Assembly: GCA_947632435.1 (NCBI GenBank)
Contig: CANRPC010000003.1
Span: 5,326-69,325, forward strand
DNA from: an uncultured Bacilli bacterium
GTDB taxonomy: Bacteria; Bacillota_I; Bacilli_A; RFN20; CAG-449
DNA: 64,000 nucleotides
Direction: 5' to 3'
Position numbers and translations under genes: made by a program. The notes under the pieces are model-generated. The model worked only from the letters and a program-made list of their open reading frames with translations. It made no database searches and had not been told where the DNA came from. This document shows positions 38,197 to 48,874 of this stretch, piece after piece; within the stretch, counting starts at the first letter, position 1, and each line of letters begins with the position of its first letter.

Positions 38197-38913
38197 ACTC
38201 AAGGTCAAAAAGATTATGCGGTTAACTTTGCTCAATTAACTCAAAAAGATGGCTCATTCTTACTAGGTAGAGAAAAAATTGAACATTTTGAATATGATAT
38301 GCTAAAAGGCAAAACAATCATTGGAGGTCGTAAAGGTGGTATGCCTTTAATGATTCTAGAACACATTTTAAGGAATAAAGGTATTGAATTTGGTGAAGAT
38401 GATCCTTCTAAAGAAGTAAATATTCGTACCGATGTTTCTTTTGATGCAATGTCTGGAGTATTTGTCGCAGGTCAAAGCGATTTTGTCACAGCTTTTGAAC
38501 CTGTAGCAACTCAAGTTGAAACTTTAAATAAAGGATATATTATTACGTCTCTTGGTCAAGATTCAGGAAATATCCCTTATACTTGTTTTTCTACTTTAAA
38601 ATCATATATGGAAAAAAATGAAGATAAACTTGTTAAATTTACAAACGCGATTACAAAAGGTTTAAATTACGTTTTAACAAGCGAAATCAAAGACATTGTT
38701 CCATATTTAAAAACCGATTTTGCTTCAAGTAGTGATGAAGAACTTACTAAAGTTTTAACTAACTATTTAAATATCGAAGCTTGGCCTTCAACTCCTTCAT
38801 TTAATAAGGAAAACTTCGATAAGTTAATTGAAATCGTAAAAGAAGCTGGAGAGTTAGATCAAGATGTATCTATCTCTTATGAAACTTTAGTTACAAACAA
38901 ATACATTAAGTAG
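38167..38913 (+). pseudogene. 3-prime fragment of the same NMT1/SsuA-type substrate-binding protein gene
   Basis: (M)GPEASVYVYTQGQKDYAVNFAQLTQKDGSFLLGRE... is colinear with the C-terminal two thirds of NMT1-like SBPs. It has no own signal peptide or RBS context. Together with the 5-prime fragment it gives ~331 aa. Confidence 0.8.
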
Positions 38914-38920
38914 ATGTTAA

Positions 38921-38952
38921 AATGTCAAGGTTAATTAACCCTGACATTTTTA
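38921..38952 (+). terminator. rho-independent terminator of the SBP gene
   Basis: Stem aatgtcaagg / ccctgacatt (9 of 10 pairs), an 8-nt loop, then TTTTT. It starts 8 nt after the stop. Confidence 0.6.
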
Positions 38953-39086
38953 ATTTGTGTTTTATAACTTTTATGAAAAGCATATTAGAATATTTGTTTT
39001 TCTTGATAAACTATCCTTTAATGTCTGGTTTATACATATAATATAAGTAAATAAAAAGAGTTGTAACAGGAACCATTGTAATATGT

Positions 39087-40076
39087 TTAGATATGAATCA
39101 TATAATCTTGATTCCCTTTAGTGTAATAAAAGTCATTATTGATAAATGCAAAATTCGAGATTTTATCGCTTAATACACTGCCATAAGTTTGTTTTTCTTC
39201 TCTATCATATAAAAATATGTATGAGCATTCTTCTTTAGAAACTGGCATAGGAACAAAAACAAATAAGCACCTGTTTTTATTTCCAAATGTATAATAACTA
39301 TACGTATCTGAAGAAAAAGCAAAAAGCGATTTAAAAATGTTTTCATCATCAAATAAATCCATATAATATTTTTCTTCATACGAACTATACCGTATTGAAT
39401 AACCATATAGTTTATCATCTTCTACAAAAACAGTTTTTGAAACGCCAGTTAAACTACTATAGTAGTTTTTTATAATATTCCCATTAATATCAATAAGATA
39501 AATATCTTCTTTGATGTATTCTACTTCTTCAATATAAATCGTTTCTTTATTTTCTCTTGATTCAATAAAAATTAATTTATTGTTTTCAAAAGCGTATTTA
39601 TCTACAAAAAAACTTTCAATTTCATAAGATAAATAAACATATTTATATATCTTATCGCAAGCTAAGGCATAATATTTTGATTTTTCGTTATCATAGTTTT
39701 TTGACAAAATGCACGTCTCATTACCATTTTTATCTAAGGCAAATATTTTATATGTATTTTTATTTTCGAAATTATTTACTAGATAAATAAAACTATCTGC
39801 AAATTCAAATAAACTTTGTCCTTTTGAATTTGTATAAAGATTTCCATTTATTTCTTTTTCAAAGATCAATTGTTCATGTTCAAATAATCTCAGTTTTTCT
39901 TCGTATTCATAACTATAATCATCATTAAGTTTATATATACGATTATTAATTTTTTCTATAGAAAATGGCAAATCTTCTAAACTATTTGTATATTCTTTAA
40001 TTCTGTTTTGATGACTACATGAAAATAAAAATGCCAAACAAACAAGTAAAGTTATTTTCTTAATAAAATTTTGCAT
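39087..40076 (-). CDS. lipoprotein, function unknown
   Basis: The likely start MQNFIKKITLLVCLAFLFSC at 40076 has a lipobox. The track ORF begins at 40097. Confidence 0.5.
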   Translation of the reverse strand: MQNFIKKITLLVCLAFLFSCSHQNRIKEYTNSLEDLPFSIEKINNRIYKLNDDYSYEYEEKLRLFEHEQLIFEKEINGNLYTNSKGQSLFEFADSFIYLVNNFENKNTYKIFALDKNGNETCILSKNYDNEKSKYYALACDKIYKYVYLSYEIESFFVDKYAFENNKLIFIESRENKETIYIEEVEYIKEDIYLIDINGNIIKNYYSSLTGVSKTVFVEDDKLYGYSIRYSSYEEKYYMDLFDDENIFKSLFAFSSDTYSYYTFGNKNRCLFVFVPMPVSKEECSYIFLYDREEKQTYGSVLSDKISNFAFINNDFYYTKGNQDYMIHI

Positions 40077-41433
40077 ATCCAGCCATCTCCAGGACATAAT
40101 TAGTAAATCCTTTTACCATTGCTTTTCTAACAGCATGACTCGGCATTGAAAAACTATCACTATAATTATGGCACATAATATGAATTCTAGGATCGGCATC
40201 TAAAAAATTAGTACTATTTGATAAATCTGTTGGCTTTAAATTGCAATTGATTGAAGATGTGAATAAAAATCCATGAATACCAGTTGTTTTTAAATCTTCA
40301 GCAACAAATACACCTATAGAATTTTCAATAGGGAATTCTATATATTGACTTGCAACATTTTTAATAAAACTCCTATAGCGATACATTGAGTTTGTTTTTA
40401 CTAGATTATAATATCCATACATAGATGTACTTAGTTTATTTTTTTTTGCCGAACCATCCAAGACTCTTAAATGACTTTTACCAATATTGTATCCATCTAA
40501 ATCAGCAAAAAAATCTGACAAAGAAAATTGATAAGAATCATTCTTTAAAATTTCATTTTTAAAATCTGTTACTTCTAATTTTGTCTTTCCAGCATTGTAG
40601 CATGCCTGATGTAAATCACCTACAAAGGATACTAAGTTTTGCAAATCATGTGCTTCGTCATTACTTGGCTTTTCCTCTAATCCATCGACCACACAAAACA
40701 TGTGAATCAGATCAATTTTTTCACCACTATTTGTAATTAACATTTTGTTATTCATATCTTTATATTTAGTAATAAATGTTCCATAAGAAGAATTTACATC
40801 AGTTTTATTAATAAAAGTTGCAAAATAATTCTTTATGTCTATTAATGAATCAGATGAATTACTATATTTCTTAGTTTCATTATCATTCACGTATTTTAAA
40901 AAATCTTGATTCAAAGATCCACAAATTGATTTGAATAAATATCCAGTAGCATTTTCAAAAGCAGATCCTGAATCTCTATATTGATTATTAAGACATCTTA
41001 AATACGGTAATATTAAACTAGAATTATTTGTATTGAGATTTTTTTCATTTATAAAGTTTGTTGCATAATTTTCTAATTGCTCCACCATAAAAATGACTGA
41101 ATCTAAATCATTGCCAACACTTCTTACACTGACTATTTTATCAACTTTTTGTGAAGTATAATAATAATAGTAAGTATGTGTTGTTGCAAATATCCACCAA
41201 CCCGATTTTTTAGTTTCTGTGTATATTGTAGCTCCAAGCTCCTCTACATAAGGTTTTATTTCTGCTGAAACATAAACTTTCTCGGAAGTAGCCGAAGAAG
41301 TTTCTGTAATTAAATAATTGGCAAAAGATGTATTAGTTGTTTCTTCAGCATTAGCAAATAAACATTTATTACTAAAAAAAGTGGCAACTACAAATGACAT
41401 TAAAAAAAGTAAAACATATTTTTTGATTTTCAT
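40060..41433 (-). CDS. secreted hypothetical protein
   Basis: Signal peptide MKIKKYVLLFLMSFVVATFFSNKCLFANA. It overlaps the downstream lipoprotein gene. Confidence 0.5.
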   Translation of the reverse strand: MKIKKYVLLFLMSFVVATFFSNKCLFANAEETTNTSFANYLITETSSATSEKVYVSAEIKPYVEELGATIYTETKKSGWWIFATTHTYYYYYTSQKVDKIVSVRSVGNDLDSVIFMVEQLENYATNFINEKNLNTNNSSLILPYLRCLNNQYRDSGSAFENATGYLFKSICGSLNQDFLKYVNDNETKKYSNSSDSLIDIKNYFATFINKTDVNSSYGTFITKYKDMNNKMLITNSGEKIDLIHMFCVVDGLEEKPSNDEAHDLQNLVSFVGDLHQACYNAGKTKLEVTDFKNEILKNDSYQFSLSDFFADLDGYNIGKSHLRVLDGSAKKNKLSTSMYGYYNLVKTNSMYRYRSFIKNVASQYIEFPIENSIGVFVAEDLKTTGIHGFLFTSSINCNLKPTDLSNSTNFLDADPRIHIMCHNYSDSFSMPSHAVRKAMVKGFTNYVLEMAGYAKFY

Positions 41434-41852
41434 AACTTTTCTCCTTGACTAAAAAATATAATTATTATTGCAGCTACTAAATTATTATATTTTACAATTT
41501 AATAATAATATATTATTTTGAAAAAGAAAAGTATTATTTAAATAATTTAAAAAATATTTTATTTTTATTTTAAAATAATTTAATTTTACTAAAATTTATA
41601 ATGTGGTTATTTCTTGATTTATAAATCCATTAATTATTCCAATTTATTGGTTAATTTCTTTTTATTATCATTTGTTAATGAATAATTTTTTATTGAAAAT
41701 TTAGACTCAAGAACTATTGTAATTGTTGAACTAGCTATATAATCTTAAATGTTTGAATTTGTTGAATTTCTAACAATTCAAAAAAGTATTTTGCTTATAT
41801 ATTTTAATAAAAATTGATTACAATAATCATTAGGCATTCTTATTTACCTAGA

Positions 41853-43937
41853 TTAATTATCTTTTAATGCAGTAATTCTACTCATTTTATATATTTTAAC
41901 AAGCAGACAAATCAATATGATAAGAGTCGTTAATGCTGCAATGTTAAATATTATAATAAGAAAAAAAGGATGAAATATTAATGGCAACATTATTAAGTTG
42001 AAATAGTTGGAGAACAAATTATTTACAATAAGAATTGTTAAATTATTAAGAAAAACACTTAATAAAAACGCTAATACAATTGGTAATAATGATTCAGCCA
42101 TAAATATTTTAAATATGCTTGATTTGCTTACTTTAAAACAAAGCATGATAGCTATTTCTTTTTTAAATTTTGCAAAACTAGTCATAACATTATTCAAAAT
42201 AGTTAAAAAAGAAATGATTATAAATAAAATGCAAATGATAAGTAAAATATTTTTTACAAACATTAAAATATTATATGTCGAATTAATTTTATTAGTTATT
42301 TCATCAATCGGTATTAAATTATTTTTATATGCATTTTTAAAAATTGTTTTATCATAATTTTTGAAAGAGATTGTTTTATAGCATATATCTAAATTGCTTG
42401 CACCATAATTATTAAGCATCTCTACACATTCATTTGATTCAAAATATATCATTTGTTCGCTTATACCAGTTACAATAAAATCTTTTCCTTCAAAAATGAT
42501 TTTATCATTTATGAAGTCCTTTCCTTTACTAAATAAAAAGGTTGCTTTCATATTCAAAATTTCTTCGTAAGTTATAGTATTGAAGTAATAATCACATAAT
42601 GATACAGGAATAACAATCTCATTTTTATTATTAGGCAATCGACCAACAATAATATTCGGATTCAAATTTGAAATATTATAATAGTAAGGATTATAAACTA
42701 TACAAGCTGTTACCCCACCATTATTTGAATTTTTTAAACAAATTTCATAATTTTGAAATAAATTACCTTTAAGTTTGTCATATGTATTATTATTGACAAT
42801 TATTTTCTTGGTATCTGAATACTCTGTTTTGATAATATTAATTTTCAAGTTATTAATATATAAAAAACTATCTATCATTAATTCATCATAAGGAATATAT
42901 AATATCGCCTCATCATCATTTAGATTGTCTATATTGGAAACTACAATATTATTGCAATAAAATAACTTTCCATTATCTTTTTTTAATGAAAAACCTGATG
43001 AATCATAATTAACATAATCTGGATTCATTTTATAAATCAAATCATTTGATACACTTTGAAAGTTTACACTATTACTAAATTCTACCACTTCAACATTATT
43101 ATCATGATATGTTTTAAATGCAAAACTTGCTAAATCAATCGAAGTAATAGAAAACACTACAGCCAAAAACCAAAACGAAAAAAGCATAAATACAATAGTC
43201 ATGCAAGTTTTCATCTTACTAATTTTGATAATAGATTTTAAAAACCTAACTATCTCTTTAAAATTAAGTTTTTTATATTCATGATGCTCTACTGTTGAAA
43301 TAGAATTAGTTATATCAATCTTTTTATCAAAAATAGAAATGGTATGGTCATCACTTATATAAACAATTTTATTAAATTTTAAGAAAGATTCTAAATCTTG
43401 ATGACTAGCAATTATTATGAGTCTAGAAGAAGCAAATTTAGATAATGAATCGCATATTATCTTTATACTCTCAATATCTAAATTAGCAAATGGTTCATCA
43501 AGAACAATTATGCTTTCATCTTGTAAAAGTGCTCAAGCAATTCCGACTCTTGCTCTTTGTCCACCAGATAAATTTGAAACTAATTCATTTACATGGTCAT
43601 CAATTCTTAACATTTTTATAATATCTAAAATGTCTTCATCACATTTATTACAAGTGATTCTTAAATTGTCAAAAATTGACATGTTTTCAAATAATTTATT
43701 CTCTTGAAAGGAAAATGTCGATAAATCTAACAATGAATTCATTTCGATATCATTATGAAATATTTTTCCTGTAGTAAAATTGTCTAACCCACTTATGCAA
43801 TTAAGCAAAGAAGATTTTCCACTTCCTGAATTGCCTTTTAAAAGAATCAAACCTTGATCTTCAAAAGAAAAATTAACATTTAAAAATGCTTTATTTCCAT
43901 TAGAATATATTTTACTGCAATCAATAAATTTATACAT
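41853..43937 (-). pseudogene. fused ABC ATPase-FtsX/MacB-type permease gene with one in-frame TGA
   Basis: The 134-aa ATPase ORF (GNSGSGKSS, LSGGQRARVGIA) stops at TGA 43533-43535, where ABC proteins normally have Arg (IARAL). The same frame continues ALLQDESIIVLDEPFANLD... into the 453-aa permease ORF. The total is 2085 nt, which is 695 codons. Confidence 0.75.
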
Positions 43938-44074
43938 GTTTTAACCTATCTATCTATTGTGTAAGTTTGAGAAATTGTTCCTTTTTCAGTTGCTTGATTA
44001 AAAATTCCTTCTCTATATATTAAAATTTTGTTAGTAAGACGTTGTTTTATCAAATTTTTTATAGAATTGCAAAA

Positions 44075-44533
44075 CTAATTTTCATCAACATATTTAGCAG
44101 GCAAATAAATAAAGTTATTATTATTTTTATATATTATGTAAGTGTCATTTTCTTTTTTTATTTTTTTTATCTTAAATTCATAATGCTCAGAATTATATTT
44201 ATCAGGTGATTCTAAAGTCAATTTAAGATAATCATTTTCGATATTAACATAATGTGTATAAGTAAAATTGCGAGCAGTAATTAACCTATTACGAAATAAT
44301 ATTTGATAACAATATAAACAACATGCATTAATAATGAATAATATTATTGTTATAATAAATGCGATTATTACAACAGTACTATTTTTATAAGCATTTAAAC
44401 TGGCAATAATCCAAGTAGTTGAAAAACCTATTGTTAGAGGAACTGTAATAAAATAAATTATTCTAATATGTCTAAGTAATCTTCTTCTAAAATCTTTATT
44501 GGTAAATGAATACTGTACATTAATATTTTTCAT
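44075..44533 (-). CDS. two-TM membrane protein (YcxB-like architecture)
   Basis: Two adjacent hydrophobic helices are followed by a ~70-aa soluble tail. The family call is tentative. Confidence 0.4.
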   Translation of the reverse strand: MKNINVQYSFTNKDFRRRLLRHIRIIYFITVPLTIGFSTTWIIASLNAYKNSTVVIIAFIITIILFIINACCLYCYQILFRNRLITARNFTYTHYVNIENDYLKLTLESPDKYNSEHYEFKIKKIKKENDTYIIYKNNNNFIYLPAKYVDEN

Positions 44534-44639
44534 TTCAAATAATCCTTTATATCATCAACGTAATTAAGCATAAATTATTATTGATTTTTTTTCAAGTATT
44601 ATTTATTTTTATTAAATCAAATTTAGCTTTATTTAAGAA

Positions 44640-46655
44640 TTAATATTCTTTTTCAGCAATTTTAATAACTAAAACTTTAAATAATAAATAAATTAAAAAG
44701 ATTATGTAAGAAATAAAATAAAAACAATTAAATTTATTAAAAGCAATTGGCTTTGTAATAGAATCATAGTAGTTATTTAAAGGTTGCTGTGAATAATAAT
44801 AAAATCCTTCTGGTTTAATAAAATTTTTAATCATATTTATATAATTAGCTAAATTAATAAACGAAAAATAACTAACTAAAGAAATTACAAGAAGTGGCAT
44901 TATATACAATAAAGTATCCATAAAAACATCAAGGTAAAAATGTTTTTTACTAATTCCATTTCTTACATAACAAGAATATGTATCTTTTATCCATTTCTTC
45001 TTTGCTTTTAAAGTAACATATAAAAAAATCAAATATATAATCAAAATAAAAATTGCTAAAGTGAGGAATATATAAAAATTATTGACCTCATTATATGTTC
45101 TTAATGGTGTTAAAATTGTAAAAGAAGCATATTTAGAAATTAGATTGTATTGGCTTTTATTTATAATCAATCCAAAATCATCTAATCCCATTATATTTGA
45201 TCTATTATCAAAAATAATATGTAATAAATAATCTTTATACTGATTTAAATTCATAATTATTTGATCTTTGTTTTCACATGAATCAGTAATTTTTATAATC
45301 TCTTTTAAGTTTTTTTGATCAACCAAATTATTATAATAATAAACGTTCATCTGATTAATATTATTATTTATAGCACAATAATAATCTTCAGTTTCATTAG
45401 GTATAACATGTATATTATTATTACTTTTTAATGTAAATGATTCTAAATCTATGCCCTTAAAAGAAGAAAAATTTGTTTCTATATTTTCAATTTCAATTTT
45501 GTTATTTCCTTTTAATAAAACCTCATCAATAAATCCTCTTTCCGTTAAAAATACATATTTATATGTTTCTTTTTTTATGTCGTTAAGAAAATAATCTTGA
45601 TAATTATATTTTTTAAGATAATCTAAATTTTCATGTTTTAAAGTAAATATTTTTTCATCTAATTTGATGTATGAGGCATCAATTTCTTTCAAACTAATAA
45701 TTTCTCTTTTATTTACTTGAGCATTTTCCACGAATAAATAATTTTCACTTATATTGTAATTTGTATAACCACCACGTATTTCGTTTTTTAAAACAATATA
45801 ATAATCTACTTCTTGTTTAAAAAACGATTTATCTATTTGTTTTACTTGAGATAATTTAGTGATATAGCTATCAAATGGAGTGACTTTTAAACACTCACTA
45901 ATTTCATTTTTTAAATTATTTCGAGGGAAAAAAGAACAAGCATAATTAAAACTTAAAATAAATACAAGAACCAATATAAATGAAACTAAATAATTCTTTT
46001 TACTTCTTGTATATAAAAAATGTTGAGGCCTATTAACTTTTATAACTTTGTTATTTTTATTATTTGACATTTTACCATTTAAAGTAATCTTTGAAGAATT
46101 TAAATCTAAATTCATGCTTTCTTTTACATCTATATCTTTTTCATGATTTATTAAAATAACTAAATTATCTTTAGCTAATTCTTGAATAATTTTTTTAGTT
46201 ATTTCTTTTGAACTTAAATCTAGTGAAGCAAATGGTTCATCAAATATATAAACATTAGCTTTTTTTAAAATACAAAAAATTATTTCTGCTTTTTTTCTTT
46301 CACCACCACTTAAATACCTTATCTTTGTATTTAAATATTTTCTAAAATTGAATTCATCTAAATAGGTATTAAGAAGTTTTTCATTATAGTCTATATTAAA
46401 CATCTTAAGATTTTCAAATAATGATCTTTCAAAAAATAATGTTTTCTTTTGCAAAACACAAGAAAATGTAGGACTAGCGTTAAAGATAATTTGTCCTTCA
46501 TCAGCCTTTTTTACATTCAAAATTATATCCACAAAAGTTGATTTACCACATCCTGAAGGCCCTGATATTTTTAAAATTCCTGTTTCAATAGCAAAGTTTA
46601 TATTTTCAAATAAAACGCGATTATTAAATTTTTTAGATAAATTTTTAACTATCAT
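44640..46655 (-). CDS. fused ABC ATPase-permease (MacB/FtsX-like topology), subunit B of pair 1
   Basis: Has SGPSGCGKST, LSGGERKK and VYIFDEPFASLD. One TM helix, a ~300-aa external domain and a C-terminal TM bundle follow. It overlaps the upstream gene by 4 nt. Confidence 0.75.
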   Translation of the reverse strand: MIVKNLSKKFNNRVLFENINFAIETGILKISGPSGCGKSTFVDIILNVKKADEGQIIFNASPTFSCVLQKKTLFFERSLFENLKMFNIDYNEKLLNTYLDEFNFRKYLNTKIRYLSGGERKKAEIIFCILKKANVYIFDEPFASLDLSSKEITKKIIQELAKDNLVILINHEKDIDVKESMNLDLNSSKITLNGKMSNNKNNKVIKVNRPQHFLYTRSKKNYLVSFILVLVFILSFNYACSFFPRNNLKNEISECLKVTPFDSYITKLSQVKQIDKSFFKQEVDYYIVLKNEIRGGYTNYNISENYLFVENAQVNKREIISLKEIDASYIKLDEKIFTLKHENLDYLKKYNYQDYFLNDIKKETYKYVFLTERGFIDEVLLKGNNKIEIENIETNFSSFKGIDLESFTLKSNNNIHVIPNETEDYYCAINNNINQMNVYYYNNLVDQKNLKEIIKITDSCENKDQIIMNLNQYKDYLLHIIFDNRSNIMGLDDFGLIINKSQYNLISKYASFTILTPLRTYNEVNNFYIFLTLAIFILIIYLIFLYVTLKAKKKWIKDTYSCYVRNGISKKHFYLDVFMDTLLYIMPLLVISLVSYFSFINLANYINMIKNFIKPEGFYYYSQQPLNNYYDSITKPIAFNKFNCFYFISYIIFLIYLLFKVLVIKIAEKEY

Positions 46656-48574
46656 TTTTCTTTTTCCTCGCTTATTTTCTTATCTAAATTTTTTGGTGAT
46701 AAAGCAAAAAAAGTTATTAAAAATAAAAGCATTAAAATAAGTAAATAAACACTTAAAAGGTATAAAATAGACTTTAAATCAAGTATAAAAATATTAGATA
46801 TTTTTAAGATTAAGTTTTGTCTTAAAATAACTTCTAATAAAATTATACCTAAACTAGTTATCAAAAAACTTATCATAAAACATAGAATAAAACATATTCC
46901 ATTAACTAACAAATGATTTAGTATTTGCTCTTTCCTCGTTTCTTTTATAATCCTTAGCAATAGTACTTTTCTTTTATTAGTAAGATAATATAAATAAGAA
47001 TATATCAAAGCAAAAATAATTCCACTTATAAGAAAAATCGGATTTAAAATGGAAAGAATTTCCACAACTTGTTCTTCGACAAAATATTCGCCTTTATGGT
47101 TAAGAAGTATTGGGGAAAACATAACACCCGAACTAGGCAAAATTAATTCAAAATATTCAATATCTTCAAGATTAATAACGCTTTTATTATATATAGTATT
47201 ACTAACAAGATATTTTTGATTTGTTTCATCTAAATTCTTAGTAAAAACTGTTAAATTTTTAAAGCAAAGTGAACAATAAAATTCATTTATTATTGGATAA
47301 TCTTTTCTTAAATCTTCTGCGACTGATTTAATTTCTTCATTTATACTTTCTTTGTAAATTCCAACTATTTTAAAATTTAAATTCATATATGTAAATTTCA
47401 AATCATTAAAAATGTATTCATTTGTTTTATTTTCATCAGCAAATTTATCTTTATAAAAATCAAATATTTTTTGATAAGAAACTGTAGATATCATTATCTC
47501 GCTACTATTTGTTGGATAATTTCCAAAACCATCAATTTTATATAAAGGTATATCATATAAATTATAATTATCATCAATTGAACACAATCCATTGGCAAAT
47601 GTTGTCTGATCAATAGTTAGATTATAATTATAAAAATTAAAAACTGTATTTTTTTCAAATTTATTTAAAACATCTTCATTATTAACAACATATGAAGGAG
47701 CATATTTTTTTAATAACTCAAAATTTGTTTGCTTTAAATGTGTTGGCGAATCTAAACATGTTATTTTTATTGTTGATAAACTTGTATAAATCGCACCAGA
47801 AAAAATAACTAAGCAAGATAAAATTAGCATAAAAACAAAACTTATTTTAAAAAGTAACTTATTCATTTTTAAAACGTCTTTAAGTTTATTATACTTAAAA
47901 TATTTCTTTGTTTTAAAACTAATTTCATTTTTATTATCGTTACCATTTTTTGTAATTTGATGATTAATAATGTTAATCAAACAACAATTTTTTATAAATT
48001 CATCACTTAATTTATTATGCGAAGAAAATATAATTATGTGATTATTTTTAAGTTCTAATAAAATAGAAAATAGCAGTTCACTATTAGCATTATCCAAAGA
48101 GACATTAAACTCATCTAAAATAATTATTGGTTTATCTTCGTATAACATTCTTGCAAAGCAAAGTAATTCTTTTTCACCATTTGATAATACTTCAGCTTTA
48201 TCATTTTCTCTATTTTTAAAATGAAACTTCTCTAAAAGTTCTAAAGCTCTATTTTTATTTTTATTTGCATAAGGCAATAAAATATTATCCATCAAGCTTA
48301 AATCATCAAAAATTAAAGAATCTTGCAAAATATAAGCAATAAATTCGTTTTGTAAGCAATCAAAATTGTTAATTATTTCATCATTTATTTTAATATATCC
48401 ATCAAACTTTAATTTGCCATTAATTATGTTAAATAAAGTTGTTTTTCCTTCGCCATTTTTTCCGTTTACAAGATAAATATTAGAAGGATAAAAAATTATT
48501 CTTTGATCTTTAAAAACACAATTATTATTGTATGAAAAATTTTTTATTTTAATTTCTAAAGTTTTTAAATTCAT
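46652..48574 (-). CDS. fused ABC ATPase-permease, subunit A of pair 1 (non-canonical signature LSNGEK)
   Basis: Has GKNGEGKTT, LSNGEKELL and IIILDEFNVSLD. The start ATG 48574 (MNLKTLEIK) matches the paralogue at 58599; the track ORF starts at TTG 48589. Confidence 0.75.
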   Translation of the reverse strand: MNLKTLEIKIKNFSYNNNCVFKDQRIIFYPSNIYLVNGKNGEGKTTLFNIINGKLKFDGYIKINDEIINNFDCLQNEFIAYILQDSLIFDDLSLMDNILLPYANKNKNRALELLEKFHFKNRENDKAEVLSNGEKELLCFARMLYEDKPIIILDEFNVSLDNANSELLFSILLELKNNHIIIFSSHNKLSDEFIKNCCLINIINHQITKNGNDNKNEISFKTKKYFKYNKLKDVLKMNKLLFKISFVFMLILSCLVIFSGAIYTSLSTIKITCLDSPTHLKQTNFELLKKYAPSYVVNNEDVLNKFEKNTVFNFYNYNLTIDQTTFANGLCSIDDNYNLYDIPLYKIDGFGNYPTNSSEIMISTVSYQKIFDFYKDKFADENKTNEYIFNDLKFTYMNLNFKIVGIYKESINEEIKSVAEDLRKDYPIINEFYCSLCFKNLTVFTKNLDETNQKYLVSNTIYNKSVINLEDIEYFELILPSSGVMFSPILLNHKGEYFVEEQVVEILSILNPIFLISGIIFALIYSYLYYLTNKRKVLLLRIIKETRKEQILNHLLVNGICFILCFMISFLITSLGIILLEVILRQNLILKISNIFILDLKSILYLLSVYLLILMLLFLITFFALSPKNLDKKISEEKEK

Positions 48575-48633
48575 AATTTTATAAACCAACTTAAAATGTC
48601 TTCAAAACTTGTATCTTTTCTTTAGACATAATT

Positions 48634-48662
48634 ATATTATAATATATTTTAATATTATTCAA
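48634..48662 (-). promoter_or_regulatory. sigma-70-type promoter (TTGAAT-17-TAATAT), copy 1 of 3
   Basis: On the minus strand, TTGAAT is at 48657-48662 and TAATAT at 48634-48639, with a 17-nt spacer. About 70 nt of context is conserved with 54.5 kb and 59.6 kb. Confidence 0.5.
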
Positions 48663-48816
48663 TATCAATTTAATTTTATTAAAATAATATATTTGTATTG
48701 ATGCATTATCTATAGCATTTGTCATAGAGTTAAAGTGACTTCAAACTTTATTTTATTGTCTTTAATCTTTAATTTTTTTCCATATACATTTTTTACTATT
48801 TTTCTATAGGTGTATA

Positions 48817-48860
48817 CAAAAAAACTTTTGAGAGATTTTACTTCATCAAAAGTTTTTTTA
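48817..48860 (-). terminator. rho-independent terminator of the DUF2130-like gene
   Basis: 9-bp stem aacttttga / tcaaaagtt (48823-48831 / 48846-48854), followed on the minus strand by TTTTTTTG. Confidence 0.5.
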
Positions 48861-48874
48861 TTTAAATTTTATTA

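Noticed and set aside
41760-41795. Hairpin ttgaatt-tctaac-aattcaa downstream of the ABC pseudogene as a terminator.
   Set aside because: The A/T run is on the wrong side for minus-strand transcription, and the stem is 7 bp of A/T-rich sequence.
43533-43535. TGA read as Trp (genetic code 4) instead of a nonsense mutation.
   Set aside because: TGA terminates well-supported genes here, e.g. licD at 4093-4095 and the 530-aa surface protein gene at 31595-31597. The position normally holds Arg, not Trp.
42007-43707. Plus-strand ORFs 42007-42357 and 43417-43707.
   Set aside because: Both are antisense to the ABC fusion pseudogene, whose minus-strand frame carries Walker A, signature and Walker B motifs.
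48590-48630. 12-codon leader peptide (MSKEKIQVLKTF) or a 44-aa ORF upstream of the ABC pair.
   Set aside because: It overlaps the predicted -10 element and transcription start, has no RBS, and is not conserved in the other two promoter copies.
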